Of a DNA stretch of 33,719 nt, positions 7,853-16,284 are shown piece after piece. The DNA comes from Bacillales bacterium (lineage in GTDB: Bacteria > Bacillota_I > Bacilli_A > RFN20 > CAG-826): NCBI GenBank assembly GCA_028723545.1, contig JAQYER010000119.1:1-33719 (forward strand). The letters run 5' to 3'. Position 1 is the stretch's first letter. Each line of letters starts with the position of its first letter. Below the pieces are notes generated by a model that searched no databases, was not told where the DNA came from, and was given only the letters and a program-made list of their open reading frames with translations. Position numbers and translations under genes: made by a program.

Positions 7853-8608
7853 ATGGTAGTATTAAACGCAATTGGAGCATTCTTTAAGAAAATTTGGAAC
7901 TGGATTAAAGATACTGCTTGGATTCAACCACTTCTTATCGTTGGACTTATTTTTGGCATTATCTTCGCTATCCCTTCTATCGTTAAAGGAATTACTAAAT
8001 TAAATGATGATTTAAATTCAAGTGAAGCATATTATACAAAGTTCCAAAAAACACTTGTTGGTGGAAGCAAATCTGATGCTGATCAAATTACAAACGCTAT
8101 TGAAAATGAAGAAGTTGGCCAATATGGAGACAAATTCTTCCTCGTTTATGTTTCAAGCGATTGTTCTAGCTGTGTTGAAGCTAAAGAAGGATTCCAAGTA
8201 TTATCTGATGGATGGAACAGCAAATATTCTCCAAAAAATGCTGGTGAAAAATTTGCTATGTATACAATTTTCACTGATGAAGTAACAGATCAAACTACTT
8301 CATCAAAATCAGCTTTTGTTCAATATTTAGATCGCCACATTTATTTCTTTGAACAAGCTGCTGCAAATGCATTCGAATCTGATTATTATCGTAATGGAAA
8401 ACTCTCTGATGCTGACTTAACAGCGATGAGTGAAGCTTCAACTGATTTCCTTACCCCTACTATCCTTCTTATTGATAACACTGATTCAAACCCATCAGGC
8501 AATATCGTTTCTGAAGTAATGTTCGGTGTACCTGGAGACAAATCTTCAAATAAAGCTGACTTATTACTTGATTGTTGGAATCACGAAGGTGACTTCGCAA
8601 TTGAATAA
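7853..8608 (+). CDS. Membrane-anchored thioredoxin-fold-like protein (CSSC motif)
   Basis: N-terminal TM helix, FFLVYVSSDCSSCVEAK (CxxC after a beta strand) and a downstream TPTILLID (cis-Pro-like loop). The family is not recognised beyond this. Confidence 0.5.
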   Translation: MVVLNAIGAFFKKIWNWIKDTAWIQPLLIVGLIFGIIFAIPSIVKGITKLNDDLNSSEAYYTKFQKTLVGGSKSDADQITNAIENEEVGQYGDKFFLVYVSSDCSSCVEAKEGFQVLSDGWNSKYSPKNAGEKFAMYTIFTDEVTDQTTSSKSAFVQYLDRHIYFFEQAAANAFESDYYRNGKLSDADLTAMSEASTDFLTPTILLIDNTDSNPSGNIVSEVMFGVPGDKSSNKADLLLDCWNHEGDFAIE

Positions 8609-8628
8609 TAATCAATATATTTTATAGA

Positions 8629-8660
8629 AGAAAACCACATCGCACGATGTGGTTTTTTCT
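8629..8660. terminator. Bidirectional rho-independent terminator
   Basis: AAAACCACATCG-CA-CGATGTGGTTTT is a perfect 12-bp stem with a T-run 3' and an A-run 5'. It lies between convergent genes. Confidence 0.7.
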
Positions 8661-9129
8661 ATCTTTTTTTGTAGTGTTCAATAACTGAAGGTGGCACTAA
8701 CGGAGAAATATCAATTCCGTTTTGATATAGTTCATCAATCGTAGAAGATGAGATAAATGTTGTTTCTTTATGAGACATGAAGAAGACAATGTCGATATCT
8801 TTATCAATGAATTCATTAGCTTCACTAAATTGGAATTCGTATTCGAAATCAGTAACTGCTCTTAATCCTCTAATTAAATGAGTCGCGTGATGATCTTTTG
8901 CATATTTAACTGATAATCCAGAAGAATAATCAACTTTAACATTGTGATATTCTTTAACAGTCTCTTTAATCATTTCAACTCTTTCTTGAACACTGAAGCG
9001 ACTTTTCTTGTGAGGATTATCTGCTACTAAAATAATTATTTCATCAAAAATATTTAATGCTCTTTTCAATATATCGATATGACCAATTGTAATTGGATCA
9101 AAGCTTCCTGGATAAATAGCAATCTTCAT
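8659..9129 (-). CDS. coaD: Phosphopantetheine adenylyltransferase
   Basis: IAIYPGSFDPITIGHIDI (the T/HxGH nucleotidyltransferase motif), 156 aa. Confidence 0.95.
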   Translation of the reverse strand: MKIAIYPGSFDPITIGHIDILKRALNIFDEIIILVADNPHKKSRFSVQERVEMIKETVKEYHNVKVDYSSGLSVKYAKDHHATHLIRGLRAVTDFEYEFQFSEANEFIDKDIDIVFFMSHKETTFISSSTIDELYQNGIDISPLVPPSVIEHYKKR

Positions 9130-9134
9130 TTTTA

Positions 9135-9674
9135 TTATTTCCTTAATATTGTTATATATGCGAGTCCATATTTATATTGTTTTATTTTTTTAAAATATGG
9201 ATTAATTATATTTAAATTATTATCGCTTTCAAGAATTAATATTCCATTATCTTTCAATAATTCCTTATTAATAATAATAGATAATAAATCATTATATACA
9301 TCTAATTTATATGGAGGATCAGCAAAAATTATATCATATGACTGTGGTTTTGAATTGTTTAAAAAAGTTAAAACATCTTCTTTATATATTTCAATATTAT
9401 TTATTACTTGTAATCTTCCAGCGTTTCTTTGAATAACTCGATAAGCCTCGTCATTTAATTCTACAAACGAAGCATGACTCGCTCCTCTAGACAAACACTC
9501 AAAGCCAAAAGAGCCTGAACCAGCAAATAAATCTAAAACAACGGAATTATATATATCAAAATTAATCGCTGAAAACATTCCTGCACGAACACGGTCCATT
9601 GTTGGTTTTGTTGTTTGAACATTTGGGGTATCAATTGTTCTTCCACGAAATTTTCCAGCGATAATTCTAATCAT
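9135..9674 (-). CDS. rsmD: 16S rRNA (guanine966-N2)-methyltransferase
   Basis: DLFAGSGSFGFE SAM motif and the ADPPY motif. Sits upstream of coaD, as in the Bacillus ylbH-coaD arrangement. Confidence 0.9.
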   Translation of the reverse strand: MIRIIAGKFRGRTIDTPNVQTTKPTMDRVRAGMFSAINFDIYNSVVLDLFAGSGSFGFECLSRGASHASFVELNDEAYRVIQRNAGRLQVINNIEIYKEDVLTFLNNSKPQSYDIIFADPPYKLDVYNDLLSIIINKELLKDNGILILESDNNLNIINPYFKKIKQYKYGLAYITILRK

Positions 9675-10039
9675 GATTTATTCTCACAATTCTTATGATG
9701 AGTTCGAAAAATATAAAATAATTGATTATTTATTTCTTCGTACATTAATTTCACTTCTAAATAAGCTTTGTTATATTGTTTCACTAATGGATGGATATCT
9801 AAATTGTATTTTGATTCCGCTAATAATTTTTGAGCCTTTTGGATTTTATCTTGATCATCTTTAAAATATTTAATTACATCTTCATAATTCGCTAATGCGA
9901 CATCTTTTTTATATGATAAAACCATTACTTCTTCATTGTTTTCAATTTCTTTTTCTAATTGATTTAACAACAAAATTCGCGGATCTTTTTCAATCGCCTC
10001 TTTTAATAATTGACACTTATTTAATATTTGTTCATTCAT
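9671..10039 (-). CDS. YlbF/YmcA/YheA-family (UPF0342-like) helical protein
   Basis: About 120 aa, helical and K/E-rich. Its position upstream of rsmD-coaD mirrors Bacillus ylbF-ylbH-coaD. An ATGA overlap couples it to rsmD. The call rests on synteny and overall character, not a sharp motif. Confidence 0.5.
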   Translation of the reverse strand: MNEQILNKCQLLKEAIEKDPRILLLNQLEKEIENNEEVMVLSYKKDVALANYEDVIKYFKDDQDKIQKAQKLLAESKYNLDIHPLVKQYNKAYLEVKLMYEEINNQLFYIFRTHHKNCENKS

Positions 10040-10097
10040 CGTTTAATATTTTATCAAATTTATTTTATTTATGATACAATTTACTCGGTTGAGAAAT

Positions 10098-10655
10098 ATG
10101 CTATTTAAAATTGTTAAAGATAATAAACCATCACTAAGACAAAAGTGTGTTCCTGTTGAGGTTCCTTATACAAAAGAAGATAAGGAATTTGTTTTGGAAA
10201 TGGTTGATTATTTAAAGATTTCTCAAGATGAACAATTAAAAGAAAAATATAAAATTCGTGAAGGTGTTGGATTAGCCGCTCCACAAGTTGGAAGAAATAT
10301 TCGCGCTTTAGCGGTTCATTATCCTAAATATGATCAAAACGATAATGTCACATATGTGACTTATGCTTTATTAAATCCAAAAATTGTATCGAATTCAGTG
10401 AAAAAAGTCGCGTTATCTAATGGTGAAGGATGTCTTTCAGTTGATGATGACCACCAAGGCTATGTTTATCGTTATTTTAAAATAATCGTTAAAGCCTTTG
10501 ATGCAATTCAAGATAAAGAAATATTTATAACCGCAAGAGGTTATGATGCGATTGTATTACAACATGAATTAGACCATCTTGATGGCATATTATATTACGA
10601 CCATATTAATAAAAAAGACCCATTCTATAAAGATCCAAGTGGCCAATTAATTTAA
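10098..10655 (+). CDS. def: Peptide deformylase
   Basis: GVGLAAPQVG, EGCLS and HELDH motifs. The ORF-track start at 10071 lies inside a TGaTACAAT extended -10 element, so the ATG at 10098 is preferred. Confidence 0.9.
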   Translation: MLFKIVKDNKPSLRQKCVPVEVPYTKEDKEFVLEMVDYLKISQDEQLKEKYKIREGVGLAAPQVGRNIRALAVHYPKYDQNDNVTYVTYALLNPKIVSNSVKKVALSNGEGCLSVDDDHQGYVYRYFKIIVKAFDAIQDKEIFITARGYDAIVLQHELDHLDGILYYDHINKKDPFYKDPSGQLI

Positions 10656-10754
10656 AAATGTTTCCTTTTTAAAGCAATTTATTGCATTAAAAGTATTAAT
10701 TGGTATAATTCATTTGATTTTTGTTATTTTTGATTTATTTTGAAGGAGTGTGTT

Positions 10755-12410
10755 ATGGCAATTTCTAGCGAGCCAGTTTACATTTACGCCTTAGGCGGAC
10801 TATGTGAAGTGGGAAAAAATACTTATTGTATTGAAAATGAAAAAAACATCATCGTCATCGACGCAGGTGTTCGTTTTCCTGAAGCTAATTTACCGGGTGT
10901 TAATTATGTAATACCAGACTATACAAGACTTAAAAATAATCAAAGAAAAATCAAAGCTTTATTTATTACTCATGGCCACGAAGACCATATCGGTGGAATT
11001 CCTTTCTTACTTCAAACTTTATATATACCAGTTATATACGCTCCAAAATTAGCGGCAGCTTTAATCAAACATAAATTAGATGACATGAGAATTAAAACTC
11101 CAGTCGAAATTATTGTTTATGATGAAGATGATGTTATTTCTTGTGGTGATTTCACTGTTTCATTTTTCCATGTAACTCACTCTATCCCTGATTCCTATGG
11201 TATTTGTGTTGATACTCCACAAGGTCGAGTTGTCCATACTGGGGATTTTAAAATCGACTTAACTCCTGTTGGTGAAAATATTAATTTATCAAAAATTGCG
11301 ATGATTGGTTCATCAGGTGTTGATTTATTATTAAGCGATTCAACTAATGCTGAAATTGAAGGATATACTCCAAGTGAAAAAAATGTATATCAATCAATTT
11401 ACGATATTTTTGATACCGCTATCGGAAGAATATTATTTTCTACTTTCTCTTCCAACATTTCTCGTATCCAACAAATCGTTCAAGCTGCAATTGAACATGA
11501 CCGATATATTACTGTAATCGGAAGAAGTATGGAAACAGTTATTAATATTGCTCGTGATTTTGGATATATTAAAGTCCCTGATCGTTATATCGTACCTGTT
11601 TCTGATATTAATCAATATAAACCAAATCAAATATGTGTATTATGCACTGGATCACAAGGTGAACCAATGGCGGCTTTAAGCAAAATCGCAAACGGAGATA
11701 ATCCACATATGAGAATTAATCCTGGAGACACTGTGGTGTTTTCATCTTCCGCTATTCCGGGTAATGGAGTGTTAATTGATCGCGTAGTTAATAAAATCGC
11801 CCATCAAGGAGCGAATGTTCTAACTAATACAATATTAAAAGACGTCCACTCATCTGGCCACCCTTCAAAACAAGAATTAAGATTAATGCTTCGTTTAGTT
11901 AAACCAAAATATTTTATGCCAATTCACGGTGATTATCGCATGTTAAAAATTCATGGTGAAATTGCCACTACAGTTGGTGTTGATCCAAAAAATGTCTTTG
12001 TCTTAAAAAATGGAGAAACATTACAAATGATTAACCATCGTATCGTTGAAGGTAATTCTTTCCCAGCTGATCCAATATATATCGACGGTAAAAATATTGG
12101 AGCGGTATCACAATTTACTCTCCAAGAAAGAGAAGAGATGAAAAATGATGGATATATTAATGTTGTTTTGGCAATTAACAATAATAAAGTTGTTGTAAGT
12201 CCAGAAATTATCGTTAAAGGATTTATTTATAGTGATGCATTTATTTCTAGCATTAAAGAAATTGCGGATAAAGTCACATTATTAACGATTAAAGAAAAAA
12301 TGAATACGGAAGAAATTGAACATAATTTACGTCGCGAAATACGTAATTATGTTTATCGTAAAGTAGAACGTAAACCAACAGTTGTTGTTTCGGTATTAGA
12401 AAAATGTTAA
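10755..12410 (+). CDS. rnj: Ribonuclease J
   Basis: Metallo-beta-lactamase HGHEDHIGG motif, beta-CASP region and C-terminal domain, about 550 aa. GAAGGAG lies 7 nt before the ATG at 10755. Confidence 0.95.
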   Translation: MAISSEPVYIYALGGLCEVGKNTYCIENEKNIIVIDAGVRFPEANLPGVNYVIPDYTRLKNNQRKIKALFITHGHEDHIGGIPFLLQTLYIPVIYAPKLAAALIKHKLDDMRIKTPVEIIVYDEDDVISCGDFTVSFFHVTHSIPDSYGICVDTPQGRVVHTGDFKIDLTPVGENINLSKIAMIGSSGVDLLLSDSTNAEIEGYTPSEKNVYQSIYDIFDTAIGRILFSTFSSNISRIQQIVQAAIEHDRYITVIGRSMETVINIARDFGYIKVPDRYIVPVSDINQYKPNQICVLCTGSQGEPMAALSKIANGDNPHMRINPGDTVVFSSSAIPGNGVLIDRVVNKIAHQGANVLTNTILKDVHSSGHPSKQELRLMLRLVKPKYFMPIHGDYRMLKIHGEIATTVGVDPKNVFVLKNGETLQMINHRIVEGNSFPADPIYIDGKNIGAVSQFTLQEREEMKNDGYINVVLAINNNKVVVSPEIIVKGFIYSDAFISSIKEIADKVTLLTIKEKMNTEEIEHNLRREIRNYVYRKVERKPTVVVSVLEKC

Positions 12411-12952
12411 TTTTAGCTAGTCAATCTCCTCGAAGAAGAGAATTAATCAAACAAATTACTTCTGATTTTGTTGTAATTCCATCTAATGCAGATGAAAGTT
12501 CATTGCACGTTCCAGCATCAGATATGGCTTTAGAACTATCAAAATTAAAAGCCTATGATGTGGCGATGAAGCATCCAAATGATGACGTTTTAGCGTGCGA
12601 TACAGTTGTTATATATAACAACCTTGTATTAGGAAAACCAAAAAATGAAGAAGACGCTTATAATATGCTAAAAATGTTAAGTGGTCATAAACACGTTGTT
12701 ATTTCTGGTTATACATTTATTTCTAAAAATAAAGAAGTTTCAAGAAGTGTTAGAACATATGTTTATTTTAATGAATTAAGTGATGAATTAATTAAAGAAT
12801 ATATAAAAAGCGGCTCTCCAATGGATAAAGCCGGCGCGTATGGTATTCAAGATAAACAATTTAATTTAGTCAAATCAATTGAGGGAAGCTATTATAATGT
12901 TGTTGGCTTTCCATTAGAAGATATTAAAAGACATGTCTTTAATATCAAGTAA
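12404..12952 (+). CDS. maf: Maf-family nucleoside triphosphate pyrophosphatase
   Basis: LILASQSPRRRELI ... AGAYGIQ. Overlaps the rnj stop by 7 nt. Confidence 0.9.
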   Translation: MLILASQSPRRRELIKQITSDFVVIPSNADESSLHVPASDMALELSKLKAYDVAMKHPNDDVLACDTVVIYNNLVLGKPKNEEDAYNMLKMLSGHKHVVISGYTFISKNKEVSRSVRTYVYFNELSDELIKEYIKSGSPMDKAGAYGIQDKQFNLVKSIEGSYYNVVGFPLEDIKRHVFNIK

Positions 12953-13351
12953 TTATTCATTAAATATTCTTTTCGCTAATGATTCTAAATCACCTTCATA
13001 AACGAGGGTGATTTTATTTGACATTTTAATTACACTAGGAAATCCTAATTCATTTAATTTTTCAATATTGACAAGATCATAATTTTTTAAAATTAATGAT
13101 AATCGTGAACCATTGACAAAATGTTCAATAATATTATCTTTACCACCTAAAGAAATTAGCACTTCATCATTATCAATGTTATTAATTTGTGATTGTTTAT
13201 TTAATGATTTCTTTTTTAATAATGAAACAATTAAAAAGATTGATAAAACAATGACAATAATTAAAGCAAAACTAATGGCAATCCAAACACCATATTGTTT
13301 TAGAAAATTATTGAATGGACTTTCGGTTAAATCACTATAAAATATATTCAT
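12953..13351 (-). CDS. Membrane-anchored PTS EIIB(Glc)-like domain protein lacking the phospho-cysteine
   Basis: One TM helix, then LISLGGKDNIIEHFVNGSRLSLILKNYDLVNIEKLNELGFPSVIK. This matches the EIIB pattern (LGGkeNI..v.hCaTRLRl...vd...l..lg..gv), but the Cys position is Asn. The ATG at 13351 is preferred over the TTG at 13378. Confidence 0.5.
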   Translation of the reverse strand: MNIFYSDLTESPFNNFLKQYGVWIAISFALIIVIVLSIFLIVSLLKKKSLNKQSQINNIDNDEVLISLGGKDNIIEHFVNGSRLSLILKNYDLVNIEKLNELGFPSVIKMSNKITLVYEGDLESLAKRIFNE

Positions 13352-13379
13352 GACTTCATTATAGTGAAGAAAGGACAAT

Positions 13380-13943
13380 ATGGCAAATCATTTAGAATGT
13401 GAAATTAAATCAATGATCAATGAACAACAATATTTATATTTATATAATAAATATTTTCATTTAGGAAAATTGATTACACAAGAAAATATCTATTTTAATG
13501 ATCGAAATGATATTTTAAAAAATTTAAAGATATGTTTAAGAATTAGAACTAAACAAGATTCGATTAATTTATATGTTAAAGCCCCTATTAAAGAAGGTAA
13601 TTTAGAAATCAAGCAACCAATTGATTCATTTACAAGACAACAATTAATTCAAAAATGTATTTTGCCAAACGGAGAAATAAAAGATTATCTTCATCAAATT
13701 AATGTTGATGAGAAAGATTTATATTTATCAGGTTCATTAATTACTGAAAGATTATCTTTTTTAGATGGAAAATACTTAATTTGCATCGATAAAAGTTATT
13801 ACAAAAATATTGTCGATTATGAAATCGAAATTGAAGGTCCAACTTTATTAGAAGCTGAACAATACGCGAAAAGTTGGTTTAAAAAAGAAAATATCCCCTT
13901 TAAAGGAGATAATATTCCTAAATCTGTTCGAGCGACTTCTTAA
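13380..13943 (+). CDS. CYTH-domain protein (YjbK-like triphosphate tunnel metalloenzyme)
   Basis: N-terminal ExExK signature (LECEIK), about 187 aa, adjacent to spx as yjbK is near spx in Bacillus. Confidence 0.7.
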   Translation: MANHLECEIKSMINEQQYLYLYNKYFHLGKLITQENIYFNDRNDILKNLKICLRIRTKQDSINLYVKAPIKEGNLEIKQPIDSFTRQQLIQKCILPNGEIKDYLHQINVDEKDLYLSGSLITERLSFLDGKYLICIDKSYYKNIVDYEIEIEGPTLLEAEQYAKSWFKKENIPFKGDNIPKSVRATS

Positions 13944-14365
13944 TCATCATCTTCATCATTCCATGATTCGCCGCACATTCCTAAATGATCACATGCGATT
14001 TGAGCGATTCTTTTCGCGCGAGGAATGAATGTTCTGATTTCTTCTTTATTATAACCAACTTGCATTTTGTGGTCTTCGATCATAATTGGACGTTTTAAAA
14101 TGCTTGGGTTCTTGCGAATAAAATTAATTAATTGAGAAATAGTCATTGAATCAATATCGACGTTGCCTTCTTTAATTATTTTAGATTTTTTAGAAATAAT
14201 GTCATCCGTGCCATTCTCGGATTTGGTAATCATTTCTTTTAATTCATTTGGATTTAAAGTCGAATTAAAAATATTCTTTTCGACATAAGGGATCCCTTCT
14301 TCGTCAAAGAATTTTTTTACTTTACGGCAACTTGAGCAACTAGGCGATGTATATAATCTAATCAT
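13940..14365 (-). CDS. spx: Spx/ArsC-family redox-sensing transcriptional regulator
   Basis: MIRLYTSPSCSSCRKVKKFFDEEGIPY carries the N-terminal CxxC. 141 aa with an unusual C-terminal extension. Confidence 0.85.
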   Translation of the reverse strand: MIRLYTSPSCSSCRKVKKFFDEEGIPYVEKNIFNSTLNPNELKEMITKSENGTDDIISKKSKIIKEGNVDIDSMTISQLINFIRKNPSILKRPIMIEDHKMQVGYNKEEIRTFIPRAKRIAQIACDHLGMCGESWNDEDDD

Positions 14366-14431
14366 ATTGGTTCCTATCTCAAATAATATTATATCAATTG
14401 TAGCAAATTATTAAATGTTTATATTGATAAA

Positions 14432-14460
14432 TTGACCGAATAAAATATTAAGACTATAAT
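14432..14460 (+). promoter_or_regulatory. trpS sigma-A promoter
   Basis: TTGACC-17 nt-TATAAT, 28 nt upstream of the ATG. The -10 is embedded in the palindrome GACTATA-A-TATAGTC (14452-14466). Confidence 0.55.
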
Positions 14461-14488
14461 ATAGTCAATATTTTTTTAGGACACATTT

Positions 14489-15475
14489 ATGGCAAGAATT
14501 TTAAGCGGTATTAAACCAACAGGACAATTAACATTAGGAAATTATATTGGAGCAATTAAAAACTTCGCTCGCGTGCAACACGATGGAGAACCATTTATTT
14601 TTATCGCGGATCTCCACGCTTTGACTTTACCAATTGACCCAAAAACATTAAGAAACAATTCACGCGATATCGCTGCATATTATTTAGCAGCCGGACTCGA
14701 CCCAAAAACAACTACTATCTTTTTACAAAGTTCAGTTCATGAACATTCAGAATTAGCTATTATTTTACAAAATTATTTATATATGGGTGAATTATCAAGA
14801 ATGACTCAATATAAAGATAAAACTCAAAAGATGGATAACAATGCGATTGGATTAGGATTATTTGCTTATCCAGTTTTGATGGCTGCTGATATTGTTTTAT
14901 ATGATGCACCTCGAATTCCAGTTGGCGAAGACCAAGTTCAACACGTCGAATTAGCGCGTGATTTAGTCAAGCGTTTTAATAATCGTTATGGTGATGTTTT
15001 AGTTATGCCAAAAGCGGAAGTAACTAAAGTTGGTAAACGTATTATGTCATTATCTGATCCAACTAAGAAAATGTCTAAATCTGATCCTAAAGGCGATATT
15101 TATTTAAGCGATGATTTAAAAACAATGCGTAAAAAAATTATGTCTGCAGTCACTGATTTAGGACATGAAGTTAAATATGATGTTGTTAATAAGCCAGGTA
15201 TATCAAATTTAATGACGATATATTCAGCATTAACTAATAAAACAATGGAAGAAATCGAACAAGAATTCGCTAATAAAGGTTATGGCGATTTCAAAAGAAG
15301 TGTCGCTGATGCATTAATTAATGAAATGGAACCATTTAAAGCAAGATATGAACAAATTATTAATTCTGGCATCGTTGATGAAGTATTAAAAGAAGGACAA
15401 ATTCGCGCTTCAAAAGCCGCGAAAGAAACGCTTAAACGCGTTCAACAAGCGGTTGGATTATATACTTTAAAATAA
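14489..15475 (+). CDS. trpS: Tryptophan--tRNA ligase
   Basis: Class I synthetase with a KMSKS motif (KKMSKSDP) and a GIKPTG..TLGNYIGA N-terminus, 328 aa. Confidence 0.95.
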   Translation: MARILSGIKPTGQLTLGNYIGAIKNFARVQHDGEPFIFIADLHALTLPIDPKTLRNNSRDIAAYYLAAGLDPKTTTIFLQSSVHEHSELAIILQNYLYMGELSRMTQYKDKTQKMDNNAIGLGLFAYPVLMAADIVLYDAPRIPVGEDQVQHVELARDLVKRFNNRYGDVLVMPKAEVTKVGKRIMSLSDPTKKMSKSDPKGDIYLSDDLKTMRKKIMSAVTDLGHEVKYDVVNKPGISNLMTIYSALTNKTMEEIEQEFANKGYGDFKRSVADALINEMEPFKARYEQIINSGIVDEVLKEGQIRASKAAKETLKRVQQAVGLYTLK

Positions 15476-16284
15476 TGGATAAATGTTTAATTGTTCTTGA
15501 TATGGATGGAACTCTTCTTAATAAACGTAAGGAGATTTCTTTGTTAACTAAAAATTATTTATTGGAATTATCTAAACAAGGCCATAAAATCATTTTGGCT
15601 AGCGGTCGACCAGTTCGTTCAATGATTTCATATTATGACGAATTAAAATTAGATACTCCAATGATTTGTTATAATGGAGCGTTCGTCACTAATCCATATA
15701 ATAAAGAATATGATTCCACTGCTTTTACTTTTCCAATTGAAGATGTTAAACAAATTATTACCGATTTAGGAACAACAATTTGTAAAGTAATGTGTGAGTC
15801 AGAAACCAATATTTATTTAGATAAAGAAGATTCATATTTAAAAAATTATTTTTGGTATGAAGGAATGAATATGATTAAAGGAGATGTAAGAGATACATTA
15901 AAAGAACCTCCTTTAACTTTTATTGCGAGATTAAAAGGCACAATCGATAAAGATTTTATTTTTAACACTGTTAATAAGCACCATAATATTCGTGCGAGAT
16001 TTTGGACAGATGCGCCTTATTTTGAATTATATCGAATTGAGGCATCTAAAGGTGGATGTATGCTCGATATTGCGTCGATGTATGATATTGATAAAGACCA
16101 TATCATTGTTTATGGTGATGCAGATAACGATATTGAATTATTTGAACATGCTTCCATTTCTGTCGCTATGTCGAATTCAAAAAGCCGCGTAAAAGAAAGC
16201 GCGACAATTATTACTGAACACGATAATGACCACGATGGTATTTATTATTCTTTAAAAGAAATATTATCTAAGAGATTTTCTTAA
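15475..16284 (+). CDS. Cof-type HAD-IIB phosphatase
   Basis: LDMDGTLL motif I and GDADNDIELF motif IV. A TAATG overlap couples it to trpS. Confidence 0.85.
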   Translation: MDKCLIVLDMDGTLLNKRKEISLLTKNYLLELSKQGHKIILASGRPVRSMISYYDELKLDTPMICYNGAFVTNPYNKEYDSTAFTFPIEDVKQIITDLGTTICKVMCESETNIYLDKEDSYLKNYFWYEGMNMIKGDVRDTLKEPPLTFIARLKGTIDKDFIFNTVNKHHNIRARFWTDAPYFELYRIEASKGGCMLDIASMYDIDKDHIIVYGDADNDIELFEHASISVAMSNSKSRVKESATIITEHDNDHDGIYYSLKEILSKRFS

